Part shown: positions 50,493 through 64,000 of the stretch, piece after piece
Layout of the letters: every line of letters begins with the position of its first letter
Numbering within the stretch: position 1 is the first letter of the stretch
DNA from: Phyllobates terribilis
Taxonomy: Eukaryota
DNA: 64,000 bases
Assembly (NCBI RefSeq): GCF_046119375.1
Contig: NW_027362770.1
Location: 99,572,001-99,636,000, forward strand
Direction: 5' to 3'
Position numbers and translations under genes: made by a program
The notes under the pieces: model-generated
Seen by the model: only the letters and a program-made list of their open reading frames with translations
Databases searched by the model: none
Told to the model about the DNA's origin: nothing

Positions 50493-52898
50493 ATGGACAA
50501 CCTTCGATCTCTTATACGAGGCTGCAAAGGAATCAGGTGGCAAGTAATATATGTCTTATTTTCTTATGTATATTCAATCTATGGTCAGATTCATTACTCC
50601 ATTGCAGAAGAAATGAGGAAAGACTCTGTTATAGCAAATATTGCAGATGACCTTGGATTAGATATTGATCAGCTCTCATCTAGAAAACTGAGGATTGTGT
50701 CCAGAGCTTCAGAGAGATATTTCTATGTAAATATGGATAATGGCAATCTGTATATTAAGGACAGAATAGACAGAGAGACCTTGTGTAAGAGAACAGCTTC
50801 ATGTTTTTTAACCTTTGATGCTGTGGTTGAAAATCCTTTTAATAATTCTAAAATCAAAGTTGAAATTCAGGATATAAATGACAATTATCCACAGTTCTAT
50901 CATGATAAATTTTTATTGAAAATAATTGAATTGACATCACCGGGAGCAAGATTTGCTTTACAAAGTGCAGAAGATCCAGATATTGGTAGTAATTCAGTGC
51001 AGACATACAAGCTCAGTGATAATCAGTATTTTATACTCACTGAGAATATCAGAACAGATGGGAGTAAATATCCAGAGCTTGTCCTAGAGAAACCATTAGA
51101 TCGAGAAACACAAGATACACATGAATTATTTTTATTAGCGCTGGATGGAGGAAATCCTATCAAGTCTGGTACAACATTACTAAAAATTATTATTATAGAT
51201 GCTAATGACAATGCTCCCCTATTTGGTCAAGACATGTATAAGGTTGCCTTAAGGGAGAACATCCCAGTTAATTCTACAGTGATCATGTTAAATGCTTCAG
51301 ACAAGGATGAGGGAGTCAATGCACAGATCACATATTCTTTTAGTAAAACATTTGGAAATATTCATCACTCAGGAATATTTAGTATTAACCCAAATACTGG
51401 TGAAATCAAGATCAATGGAAACTTGGATTTTGAAGTCACTGAAAATTATGAATTGTCTGTAGAAGCCAAGGATGGAGGAGGCCTTGAAGCCCATTGTAAG
51501 GTACTGGTGGAACTCATAGATGTAAATGACAATGCTCCTGAGATATCCATCACCTCATTATCTTCTTCTATTCCTGAGGATTCTGCACCTGGAACAATGA
51601 TCGCTCTGATTGAGGTTCATGATCAAGATTCTGGAGATAATGCAGATGTTGACTCCCAAATTCTTGAAGATGTTCCCTTTAATTTATTGTCATCAGACAC
51701 TTATTATAGACTTGTTTTACAGACCATAATAGACAGAGAAAAAGCACCTTGTTATAATATCACTATTATAGCTACAGATAGAGGATCTCCATCTCTTTCT
51801 AGTACACGAGTTCTCAGATTGGATGTATCAGATGTCAATGACAATCCACCAATGTTTTCAAAATCTAATTATGTGGCTTATGTGCCAGAGAACAATTTAC
51901 CAGGAGCTTCAATATTCAGTATACAAGCCTCAGATCCAGACACTGGAGACAATGCAAAAATAATTTATTCAATTTCCAGTGCCATTACAGAAACTCCATC
52001 AGTGACATCTTATCTCTCCATCAATATAGAGACCGGAGTTCTCTATGCTCAAAGATCATTTGATTATGAGCAGAACAAGGAGTTTATAATAGAAGTCACA
52101 GCCTCAGACAATGGATCCCCCTCTCTGAGCAGCAATGCTACATTATTTATTAATATAGTGGACAAGAATGATAATGCACCAAAGATCTTATACCCATCAC
52201 CAGATACCGATGGGTCGGTAGTCTTTGAGATGGTGCCTTTTGTTTCTGAACCTGGTTCTTTAATAACTAAAGTGGTGGCAGTGGACGTAGACTCTGGACA
52301 CAATTCCTGGCTCTCTTATCATTTTATACCAGTGTCAGACCAAAATCATTTTGTCATAAGTGAGCACACAGGGGAGATCAGAACATCATGTATCTTTCAA
52401 GAAAAGGACATATTAAATTACAAGGTTGTGGTGATGGTGAAGGACAATGGACATCCCACTCTCTCTGCTACAACCACCTTAAGTCTTGTTATTGCAGATG
52501 ACTTTCAGCAGGTTGTTCCTAAGCTCAACAACAAATTGAAAGTTGAAGAAACTCAAAGCAACTTACAATTCTACTTAGTGGTTGGACTTGCACTTATTTC
52601 TTTGCTTTTTATAATAACTGTGATGGTGGCGATTATATCCAAATGTAAGCAGCCAAAACCATTACCAGCCTTCTCTTCTCTCACTACAAATCTGTATCCT
52701 CCAATTGATCCTCGGACCTTCTCCATGTATAGTGATGGATCGCTACCTTTACCATACTCATATAATATGTGTGTGGCACTAGATCCTGCTGAAGGTGACT
52801 TTACTTACATGAATCCAAGTGGAAATGTTCCTGTGGAAAACCTGATTGATGCTGATAATACAGAACAAGCAACTGAGCTTGTTCCAAGCACTTACCAG
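50493..52898 (+). CDS. PCDHG: Protocadherin gamma variable exon V6
   Basis: Intact ORF starting MDNLRSL; donor CAG|GTAATA at 52898/52899. Confidence 0.94.
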
Positions 52899-53877
52899 GT
52901 AATAGTTTACATCTTTATATGGTCAATAGATGATTTTATAAATTACATTGTAACTTTAAAAATGGAATTTCTAATATGGTAATGAGTTTCAAAGAAATTT
53001 TTTTTCAAGGATATGATTGTTTTGTTACTTTAGTCAAATACACTATTGTTACATTTATTATTATCCAGGTTATTTGGGAATCATTGGTCAGTGTTCAAAC
53101 TGAGAAAAGTTGCAAAATCTTTAAAATTGTAGAATTATAGAATAAAAATTTATATAAAACAAAGAAAAAAGCTATGCTTTTTCATCATACCGCCGAAAGT
53201 GGAATAAAACTAGATCAAAAAGTTGAATGTAAATAAAAATGGTATTGCTGAAAACGTCATCTTGTCCCGCAAAAAACAAGCTGCCATACTGCTCTGTCAG
53301 TGGAGAAATAAAAAAGTTAAAGCTCTCAGAATACAGCGATGTAAAAACAATTATTTTTTCTATAAAATAGTTTTTATTATGTAAAAGCGGCAAAACAAAA
53401 AAAAAAATTATATAAATGGGGTATAGCTGTAATCGTAGTGACCCACAGAATAAAGATATCTTATCAATTTTAGCATATAGTGAATCGCATAAAAAAACAA
53501 TTCCTGAATTGCTGGTTTTTGTTCAAAAATCGGAATAGACAGGGATCAAAAATTTTTATGTACCTGAAAATGGTATCAATAAAAATGACATCTCTTCTCT
53601 CAAAAAACAAGCCCTCACATGACTCTGTTGGCAGAAAACTAGAAAAATAATAGCTCTCAAAATATTGTGATGCAAAATCTTTTTTTTGCAACAAAAGCAT
53701 TTTTAAGAGTGTGATAGTAGCCAAAAATAAAAAAGATACAAATTTAGCATTGTGACGATCTGAAAAATAAAAACATGTAATCACTTATACTGCACAAGAA
53801 AGGACATAAAAAATAAATTAAACAAATTCTTCACTTGCTGTTGATTTGTTCATTTTGTCTCCCAAAGATTGCAATAA

Positions 53878-55290
53878 GGCTCGACTCACATTTATTTTAC
53901 AATCTACCCTGAGCGCTTACACCGGGATTTACGTATAAATCTCAGAAATACGTGATTCAGAGAGAAACCCTGGCAGAAGATTTCCTGTAATGAGGCAGAT
54001 GGAGGCACTGTGTACTCTGTCTGGCCTATGATTCAGTGGCATCTGTCTTTTAAAATGTGCATAAAAGCACAGTCAGTTACTGTTTTGTGCTCTTCTGAAA
54101 ACAACACAGATGAACAGAAGCCAGACAGAACACAGAGTAACTCTGCTGCATCACTATAGTCAATGTGTTAGGCGTCGGTCTGGTTCTGGATTTGAAATGT
54201 GTCCAGGACCTTCTGTGGTCTCTCATTTTGGTCCAGCCAGGGCTGATGCTGCTCAGCATCATCATCAGCCCCAACACCTAGCTGGTCCGTTAGCACTGTT
54301 TATCTCCCAGGTAGTTGTGCCTAACAATGTTAAGCCTGGGTTGCAGAGAGAGACAGTGCTTGCAGAGTCTAAGTCCAGAGTTTGCCATACTGAGCATGTC
54401 CGTGACCTGGCGGATCATGATTGGTGGTTTGGCACCCACCTGACCCGGTGACCTGGCACCGCCTGATTGGTCCATGGGTAACGTCACCAATGGCACGTCG
54501 GTGGGCAGGGCTTAGTCTTTAAATGGCCCGCCCACAAACATGGCGACGCGCTCAGATCTTTTGATCTGGTTGTTTGTGGTGTGCACGCTGAAACTCTTGG
54601 GCTCCTCTAAGAGCCATAGCTTTATGCAGGCAGGTAGCTTGAGCCATATAGAGTGGGTCTGCTCAGTCCTGTAGCAAGCCGGCTGAGTGCATGAATACCC
54701 AGCGGGTATCACACCCACATATTAGCGCTGTCTTCTATAGCGTAGCTCCTGTGTCGAAGACAGGGCTACTGCTCCTAGTCCGGTCACACGTCTCCCTGCG
54801 GTTCTTGGAGATTGTGTGAGCCGCTTTAGCGCCATTCCCCATAGCGTAGCGCCTGTATCAAAGACAGGGCTACTGCTTCTCCCACGGTCGCACGTCTCCC
54901 TGCGGTTCTTGGAGATTGTGCGAACCGTCTTACCCTTCCGTGTGCATTAACATGAAGGGCTAAGATAGTTGATAGGCGCGTCGCCGGTCGCTCTCCTTCC
55001 GTGCAGTTAACGGAGATAGAGCGTATCGCTTTACCCGGTCCGGTGTGCTGTTAACATGGACGGGTTATCAGTTTAGTTGTCGCTTTCCTTTCCACCCGGA
55101 AAGTGTTCAGCAGCAGTCCATTAGGCTGCATTGCGGACCCCGGGGTCGGTTGCGTTCCATTACAATAAAGTTGTCTGCAACCGCCCTCTTAACACAATGG
55201 ATCCCTCTGAGTTTCATCTGAATCATGTTATTTAGAGTCTTAGATGGATGTAAGTGCTCAGTGTAGAGCGCAGGATAAATGTGATCCAAA
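53878..55290. mobile_element. MITE-like element split by a solo LTR
   Basis: GGCTCGACTCACATTTAT and ATAAATGTGA partial TIRs. Confidence 0.5.
54166..55194 (+). mobile_element. Solo LTR (1029 bp)
   Basis: TGTTA...TAACA ends; perfect 5-bp TSD CAATG (54161-65, 55195-99); AATAAA near 55164; internal direct repeat of about 105 bp at 54740-54925. Confidence 0.88.
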
Positions 55291-58200
55291 ATGTGATGTA
55301 AAATGTTCCTAATAAAAGCTTCAACTCAATCCACAAAGATAGTAAGTCCCCACTCAGGTCTGTCATCTGTCAATGCAAATATAGGGGGCTTCCATGTTAC
55401 TAGTAGTACAAAGGCTCTAGGAAAGCGCTATGGTTCTTTTCCACTCAAAAGAAATAAAGCGAAATATGAGCTCCCAAATTCAAATATCCTCTCCCACAGT
55501 GTGCCTAAACAACATTCAGCATCGATATGTCTGGCATTTCTATAGTGATAAGAGCCTGCTTAATTTGTGGGTACATGTCTCTCGTCACTACATCTGTAGA
55601 TAAATTCCTCTAGGGGTGCAATCTCCAAAATAGGTTCGCTAGAGAGGGGATTCTGCTCTTCTGGCACGTAAGGTCTCTGTATATGGAGTCAGCAAACTAT
55701 TCCAAGATAATTTGTTCACCAAGAGCCAAATAGCGCTCCTTCTCTCCAAAGTCTCGCCGTGTGGCTAAGCAGTACTGCACAGGCACATATGAGGTATTTC
55801 CATGTTGAGCAGAAATTGTTTGACAAATTTTGGTGCAATTTTTACCTATTTCCCTATGTTAAAATGTAAAATTTGGGGCCAAAACAAAATTTTTGTGGTA
55901 AAAATGTATAAAATTCAGTGACAGACCCGTGGTGTCAATATGATCACTGCACCCTTAGATGAATTCATTGAGAGGTGTATTTTGTAAAATGTGGTCATTT
56001 ATTTTGCTGTTCCGCTCTTCTGGCATCTGATGGGCTCTCCCAGTGGGTCATGACACTTGCAAACAAAATCTGCCCTACAATTTGGAGCTTCCTCCCGTCT
56101 AAGCATTCCATTATGCCTGAAAAGGGTTTCCTGATTACATGTATGGTATTGGCACACTCAGAAGAAAATGCACAACAAACTGTGAGATACATTTTTTTTC
56201 CTATTATCCTTCTTAAAAATTAAAAACTTGAGGCTAAAACAAAATTTTAGTGGTAAATATGTAATTATTCTTTTCACTTTTTCAATTCTGTGGGGCACAT
56301 GTGGTGTCAACTTGTAAAATGGTCACTTATGCAGGAGTTCTGCTGTTCTGGCACCTCGGGGCTCTGCCAATGTAATATGGCACTCTCAAACCATTCCAGC
56401 AAAATATGAACTCCAATATGACGCTTCTTCCCTACTGAGCTTTGCACTGTGCCACAAAAGTAGTTTTTGACCCCATATGGGGTATTAGCATACTCGACGT
56501 ACTCAGGAGAAATTGTGTAACAACTTGTACTTTACATTTTCTCTTATAATCCCTTTTGAAAATAAAAAACTTGGGGACAAAGCAACATTTTAGAGGAGCA
56601 TGCAAGGTGTTTAAGCCTCTTCATATTGGCATGCCTGACCTGTCATGTTACTCTCCATAAGAAGAAAACACCCCTATAGATCCCAGTCTTAGCCTCTCAC
56701 CCAGTCAAATCCGATCTCATACTTTGCACTGACAAAGGGCAATACACCAAAACACTGTGTCTGCAAATTGAGATTCTGATTTGGCTTTTATCCAAAATCA
56801 TATTACCAGGCTTGTTAAAGGGTCAATATTGACTACTATTGCTACTTCCAATAGATGGCACAAGAGTTTAAGCCCTCTTCCTCTCTTAAAAGACAATTTA
56901 CACAAAGGAAAAAAAAAATATTTTCCATTTATTCAGCCTAATGTAATACAATCCTGTGAATAGACTGAAGGTTAAAAATGCTCACTACACCCCTAGATGG
57001 TGTAGGGGCATCCCCAATCTATTCCAGCCAAAATTGAGCTCCAGAATTCAGTTGGCGTTTCTTCTCTTTCAAGCCCTGCCGTGTGCCCAAACAGTAGTTT
57101 TCCACTATATATTGGGTATGGATGTACTCAGGAGAAATTTCACAACAAATTTATGGTCCATTTTCTCCTTTTACCCTTGTAAAAATGAAAAATTTGGGGC
57201 AAAACTAACATTTTTGAAGGAAAATGTATTTTTTCATTTTCAAGGCTCAACATTATAAAATTCTGTCTCGCAGCTGTGAGTTCAAGGTGCTCACCACACC
57301 TCTATATAATTTCTTGAGGGGTGCAGTTTCAAAATTGGGTCACTTGTGGGGGTTTTCCATTGCACATCAACGGCACTGCAAACACAGCATGGCATCCACT
57401 ATCTATTCCTTCCAAATTTGCACTCCAAAACTCAAATGGTGCTTCTTCCCTTCCAAGCCCTGCCGTGAGCCCAAGCAATTGTTTTACACCACATATGGGG
57501 TATTGGCATACTCAAGAGAAATCGCACAACAAATTGTATGGTCCATTTTCTCCTGTTACCCTTTTTTTCAGGAAAAATTTATTATTTCATTTTCTTGGCT
57601 CAACATTGTAAAATTCTGTGAAGCATCTGTAGGTTCAAGTTTCTCACCACACCTCTAGATAAGTTCCTTGAGGGGTGTAGCTTTCAAAATGGCATCACTT
57701 GTGGGGGTTTCCACTGATTAGCCACATCAGTGAATGGCATCCTCTATTGATTTCAGCCAATTTTCAGTTAATAAAGTCAAATGGTGCTCCTTCCCTTCTG
57801 AGCCCTGCCGCGTGCACAAACAGTAGTTTTTCATCACATTTTGGGTATCGGCGTACTCACGAGAAATAGCACAACAATTTGTATTGTCCTTGTTTTACTG
57901 TTGCCCTTGCAAAAATGAAAAATTTGGTGGGGCTAAAGCAACATGTTTGTGGGAAAAAAGTAAAATTTTCATTTTTTCTTCTAAATTGCTTTAATTCCTG
58001 TGAAGCACCTGAAGGGTTAATGAACTTATTGAATGTGGTCTTGAGCACTTTGAGGGGCGCAGTTTATAAAATTGTGTTACTTTTGCATATTTTCTGTTAT
58101 ATAGGCCCCTCAAAGTCTCTTCAAATGGGATGTGGTCTCTACAAAAATTGGTTGTGCAATTTTTTGGGGAAAATTGAAAAATTGCTGCTCTTCTTTTTAC

Positions 58201-58685
58201 CCTTCTAACTTCCTAACCAAAAAAAATAGGTTTCAAAAATTATGCTTATGTAAAGTAGACTTGTGGAAAATTGTATTTATTAACTATTTTGTGTGATATA
58301 ATTGTCTGGTTTAAGGGCATAAAAATTAAAAGTTTTAAAATTGCAAAGTTTTCAACATTTTCGCCAAAATTCTAATATTCTCACAAATAAACACAAAGAA
58401 TATCGGTCTAAATTTACCACTAACATGAAGTACAATGAGTCATGAATAAAACAATCTTAGAATCTGTGGGTTACATTGAAGCAAGGCAGAAATATTGCCA
58501 GATAAAGTGACACAGGACAGAATTGTTAAACTTGGCTTGGTCAGGAAGGTGAAAACAGGCTTGGGGGTGAAGGGGTTAAGTGGAAAATGTTATGAGAAGC
58601 TGCAGTGAAACAAAAGGTACTATTGAGATTTATTATATTAATATAATTTTGTTCAATATTTTAATTACATATTTGTCCTACAATT

Positions 58686-59857
58686 CAAAAAATACATATG
58701 TGCCAGGAACAAAATAATGGACAAGTAAATACCTATAAAAAATATCAAATCTTTATTTAAATACAATTTAAAAAACGATAACCATTTATAAACTCTTGGC
58801 ACAAATAGATTAAAATTTGGTGGGTGAGCTATTCTGGGAAACCCCTATATACAATTAAATATAATCATGATAAATAGGGTCTATACTTAAAATTAAAAAA
58901 TGTATATACATATTTATATATGTACACACATACATGTGGTACATAGGATCTATACTTATAGTCATAAATATATATATAAAGTCATGTTATTTGCATCCAT
59001 TAACACATACAGTACAGACCAAAAGTTTGGACACACCTCATTTAAAGATTTTTCTGTATTTTCATGACTTTGAAAATTGTACATTCACACTGAAGGCATC
59101 AAAACTATGAATTAACACATGTGGAATTATATACTTAATAAAAAAGTGTGAAACAACTGAAAATATGTCTTATATTCTAGGTTCTTCAAAGTAGCCACCA
59201 AACTTTTGGTCTGTACTGTATATATATGTATGCATGTACACACACCCGCATCCACATGTATGCTTGATGAATATGCTACTAATTGAAATACGCCCAAGTT
59301 GGCAATATATAGCACTGCTGGGTACGCATATTAAATGGTGTACATAAATATGCAAGAATACAATAGAAACACCTGACAAAGCATTGGTGAAACACGTATT
59401 GGGTGTTTGATGGGTACATTTTTTTGACACATATTTGTATATTTTGGTACTTGATATTATCCAGGGATTTGCATATATTTTCTAATGTATATTTTTCCAT
59501 TTTTCCTTGTATATTTATGTACAATATGTGTACTCTGCAATGCTATATACTGCCCACTTGGGAGTATTTCACTTTTATATCATATTCATCAAACACACAT
59601 GTGGATGTGGGGAGGTGTGTATATACATACATATGTATATATTTTTATGATTCTGAGTATAGACCCTATTTATCATGATTATACTTAATTATATATAGGG
59701 GTTTCCCAGAATAGCTCACCCACCAAATTTTATTCTACCTGTACCTGATGTTTATACATGATTACCGTTTTTCAAATTGTATTTAAATAAAAATTTGATT
59801 TTTTTATTGGTATTTACTTATCCATTATTTTGTTCCTGGCACATATGTCTTTTTTGG
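58686..59857. repeat. Long imperfect palindrome (about 1.17 kb)
   Basis: Arms 58686-58940 plus 59222-59360 are inverted relative to 59470-59857. Confidence 0.8.
59010..59218 (+). mobile_element. Internally deleted Tc1 (209 bp)
   Basis: CAGTACAGACCAAAAGTTTGG and CCAAACTTTTGGTCTGTACTG ends; TA TSDs. Confidence 0.88.
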
Positions 59858-60028
59858 ATGTTATGCATTTTGGTGCCCTATGGGGACACAATATATTTTG
59901 ATATTGGATTGCAATATATGGATACGCATTTGTCCTTTTGATTGGATATAAAGCCGCTCATTTGTAGAGATATCTGTGCCATAGCTAATCATACTCTTTA
60001 TATACAGATTTAACAAGGTGTACAGTTA

Positions 60029-60240
60029 CTGTATTTTTTGGACTATAAGACGCACTTTTTTCCTCCAAAATTTTGGAGGAAAGTGGGGTGTGTGTCTTAT
60101 AGTCCGATATACATAAATATTGTGGCTGTGGGTGGTGGAGGATGTGGAGGAAGCGACAGTAGTGGAGTAGCGGTACACAGGAGGCAACAGCCACCTGCTG
60201 CAGCCTACACTGTGCCCGCAACTAAAGAAAATGAATATTT
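60029..60240 (+). mobile_element. Tigger/pogo-like left end fragment
   Basis: CTGTATTTTTTGGACTATAAGACGCAC with inverted TGTCTTATAGTCCG. Confidence 0.6.
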
Positions 60241-62047
60241 GTACGTAAAAATTGGTATTGTTTTTACCAAATATATCTGAATCTGGTGCATCACAGACTG
60301 TTCTTAGAAAGGATTATTGCTCAACATGATGGTTCTTTATGAATTTGAAAATAATTTTGTTGGGATTCACTTATTATATAATCTCATGTAGTATAAGTAG
60401 TTCTACAAACACATCCAGAATTTGACTTATTGCATACAGGACTGTTTGGTTTCCGAAACAAGATGAAAATAATTATCTCATGGATTTGTGTGGCCGATCG
60501 CTTAACAATAATAAAAAACTTGGAAAATAAAAAGATTTGGTCTAATCAACTAGACTATAAACCTTGTATATATAATCTTCCAACTTATGCTCCAGTTGTA
60601 ATGTAACAATGGTATTAAAACAGCTAGAAGCTAGGTAGGAAAAAACAACAAAAGATTCATGGTTGTTGAAGTTTAAATGAGAGACAATAAGACTAACAAT
60701 CAATCATCTCCATTTAGTTCTTTGCCACTTGTTTAATGCTTCCTTTTTAAAACATGACTTTTACAAATCTGCAAAAATTTGATTGGCCGGATTTGCTTGA
60801 CTTGAGCCATGAAATTTGATTTGCTTTGAATTTATTAATACATCACTAATCAAATTACTGGTAAGTCATATATTATGCTCTGGACTCAAGAACATACTAA
60901 ACAGAGAGTTAAAAAATAAAAGAAGTATTATACTCATCTTGCCCCTCATCTGCCCTGCTGCCATAGTTCCCTCCTGGTCCTCTGCTGGCTCGCTTCCTCC
61001 GGCTACACTCTTCACTTCCAGCTTCAGTATTTTCACTCTCCGATTTTTCCAGAGCATAAAGGGCCTACATTCAACGCCCCACTATATCTTGACATCATTT
61101 GTGTACTAGTCACTGCAGGATGCACTGATACTTAGGAGAAGAGCAGAGGCAGCAAGCCGTAGATAACTGAGGAAACAGCTGAGATGCTAGGATAGGTGAC
61201 AGGCAAGGCAATTATATTGTGTTTTTTTAAGCCCTCGATTTAAATGTATGTGGATCGCCTTGAAAAAAATTTGGATTCTGGCAAATCTGAGTCTTTTGTG
61301 AAATTGAAAGCTAATTTGATTTCTCTTAAATGGATTTTCTCTTCTCTGTGAATGTTTAGATTTTACTATGTGCCATTTATATGCCATGGTTTTTGCAAAC
61401 TCTCTAAAGAATACTGCAAAGGAATTCTGTATCTTTTCAAAGTCAACTACATTAACAATGGTATATTAACAAATTAAACTATTCACAAAATTGCAATAAG
61501 TAATTGTCATTATTTTCAGTATTTAACAAAATTAACATAAAAGCTAACTAAACAGTTATATATGAAGTACAACTGGGTTAAACAATATTTTTTTGCTATT
61601 ATTCATGTGGATTTAATTCATTCCTCACTGTATTACTGCACCTTAAGTTTACTCTATATTTCATACAGTGTTAGCCCACTACACTATATCCATAATTCAG
61701 TAGCCCATGTCTACCACCTGCAGTGGGAAAGGCCACATGGCTGGTAGTGCAGGAACTTTGAAAAGCAATTATAGAATTCAATTATAGAATTCATTGTCTT
61801 TTAATACTAAAATTTACCTAAAAACTGTTGCTTACATTTTCATAATTGCTGATTTGTCTGAAAAAGCTACAATGTGGAAGTCTTTAATCACTTCCCAGTT
61901 AGATGGCAAATCTTTGACTTTATTTTTTGCCATCCTTTGAAATTCACTGATGACATTCTGCTTCCATGGAAAAATACTTATTTTTCATTTCCAGCCTTGC
62001 CATTACATAGTTATTTTCTTAATCTCCTGGCTATACAGTAAGATTAA

Positions 62048-62410
62048 AGGGAATCTGTTAGCAGGTTTTTGCTATGTAATCTGAGTGCGGCATGATGTAG
62101 GGGCTGACAGCCTGATTATAGTGATGTGTCACTTACTGGGCTGTGTGTTGTAGTGTCGAAAAAATCAGGGTTTTATTAGCAGGAGATTATCACTGCAGGA
62201 CTAGTTGTCTTGTGCCATGTAGTCCTTCTGCTCTCTGTAACCACGCCTCCATCACTGATTAGCAGCTTTCTGCCAATTTAGAATATACGCAGTGATATGA
62301 CAATCAGTGGTGTGGGTGAGGTTATTCAGAGCTCAGCAGTAAGAGAAATGGTCGATCCTAAGCAGAAAATACGGTGAGTTTATCAAAATGACAGCAAGCA
62401 ACCAAATAAG
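62048..62410 (+). mobile_element. Truncated TTAA-type (T2/Kolobok-like) MITE, left end
   Basis: TTAA followed by AGGGAATCTGTTAGCAGG; right end absent. Confidence 0.6.
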
Positions 62411-62582
62411 TGACGGTATCTGTCCATACATAATGCTGCTCTTAGGTTAAGACAATTACCAATAAACTTTTGGGCTCTTGTTGTAAGTGTATTCTTCTTT
62501 GTTACAAGCTGTTTTTTTCTGCTTTCATCTAACAATTTTAGAGGATACTTGCTTTTTCTCATGTTAAGTTTTGTATGCTATA

Positions 62583-62929
62583 CAGTGGGGAAAAAAAGTA
62601 TATACTTTTTATTTTATACTGATAAGTTCAAACAGGTGCCAGTACTACAGGTAATGAGTAGAGGACAGAGCAGCCTCTTAAAGAAGAAGTTACAGGTCTG
62701 TGAGCGCCAGAAATCTTACTTGTTTTTAATTGACCAGATGCTTATTTTCCACCAAAATTTGAAAAACAATTCTTTCCAAATCAGACAATGTGATTTTCAG
62801 GATTTGTTTTCTCATTTTGTCTCTCATAGTTGAGGTCTACCTATGATGTCAATTACAGGCCTCTCTCATATTTTTAAGGGGGAGAACTAGCACAATTGGT
62901 GGCTGACTAAATACTTTTTTTCCCCACTG
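62583..62929. mobile_element. Internally deleted Tc1 (347 bp)
   Basis: CAGTGGGGAAAAAAAGTA and TACTTTTTTTCCCCACTG ends; TA TSDs. Confidence 0.88.
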
Positions 62930-63305
62930 TACATATGGGAATTTTATCTAGTAATTAGTATCTCAAATCCATCACCATATCTCTAATTCTATATTTATAC
63001 TGCACGTCTCTGCCATGTTTACAAGTTAAATAAATGCGAATTCTGTCTTTGTAAAGCTCTTTTGGTGTTTAAATGCTATTTCTCCAGCATATTCTCCAAT
63101 TCTGTTAGATTACATGATACTCTTGGTAAGCAAATTGTATTTTGAAATTACCCAACAATCTGTAATATCTTACTTAGTGCTTTTACAAAAATATAGTATG
63201 GTTTATTCTGCTTTTCCTGATTTTTATACATATTTCTTTTTTAATAATATAAGGTCAAAAATATACAAAATATTTCTGTTTGTTTAAAACTATTAATAGC
63301 ACTTA

Positions 63306-64000
<695 letters not shown>

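Larger units (their letters stand above)
53180..58575. mobile_element. piggyBac-like non-autonomous remnant with 350-390 bp internal subrepeats
   Basis: Right end GGGGGTGAAGGGG followed by TTAA (58576-79); repeated blocks CCTTGAGGGG..CAAAAT..GTCACTT and ACTCAGGAGAAATT between 55600 and 58050; left end not found. Confidence 0.6.

Noticed and set aside
56956-58208. ORFs of 96-144 aa in the piggyBac-like region
   Set aside because: No transposase motifs; they arise from the non-coding subrepeats.

Overview
AT-rich vertebrate DNA, most likely from a frog (inferred from the protein style and repeat families). It contains six tandem, same-strand variable exons of a clustered protocadherin gamma locus, named V1-V6 here. 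Each encodes a signal peptide, EC1-6, a TM segment and a variable cytoplasmic domain, has a near-identical CSE/CTCF-type promoter element about 240-250 bp upstream of the ATG, and ends in a phase-0 GT donor. The constant exons are not in the window. The spacers are paralogous units of about 5-6 kb, inflated by transposons. The largest is a 10.36-kb hAT element with a perfect 8-bp TSD. It carries a decayed 18S rRNA segment, two related 110-bp arrays bracketing a disrupted BED-finger transposase, and nested L1, solo-LTR and Tc1 insertions. Also present are an apparently intact DD34E Tc1 element, L2 and CR1 LINEs, a second solo LTR, a piggyBac-like remnant and several MITEs. Main points of interest: rRNA capture by a DNA transposon, domain-level mosaicism among the Pcdh ectodomains, paralog-specific uORF configurations, and a predicted seventh variable exon just beyond the window with a Tc1 inserted next to its promoter. 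All coordinates and alignments were done by eye; no searches were run.
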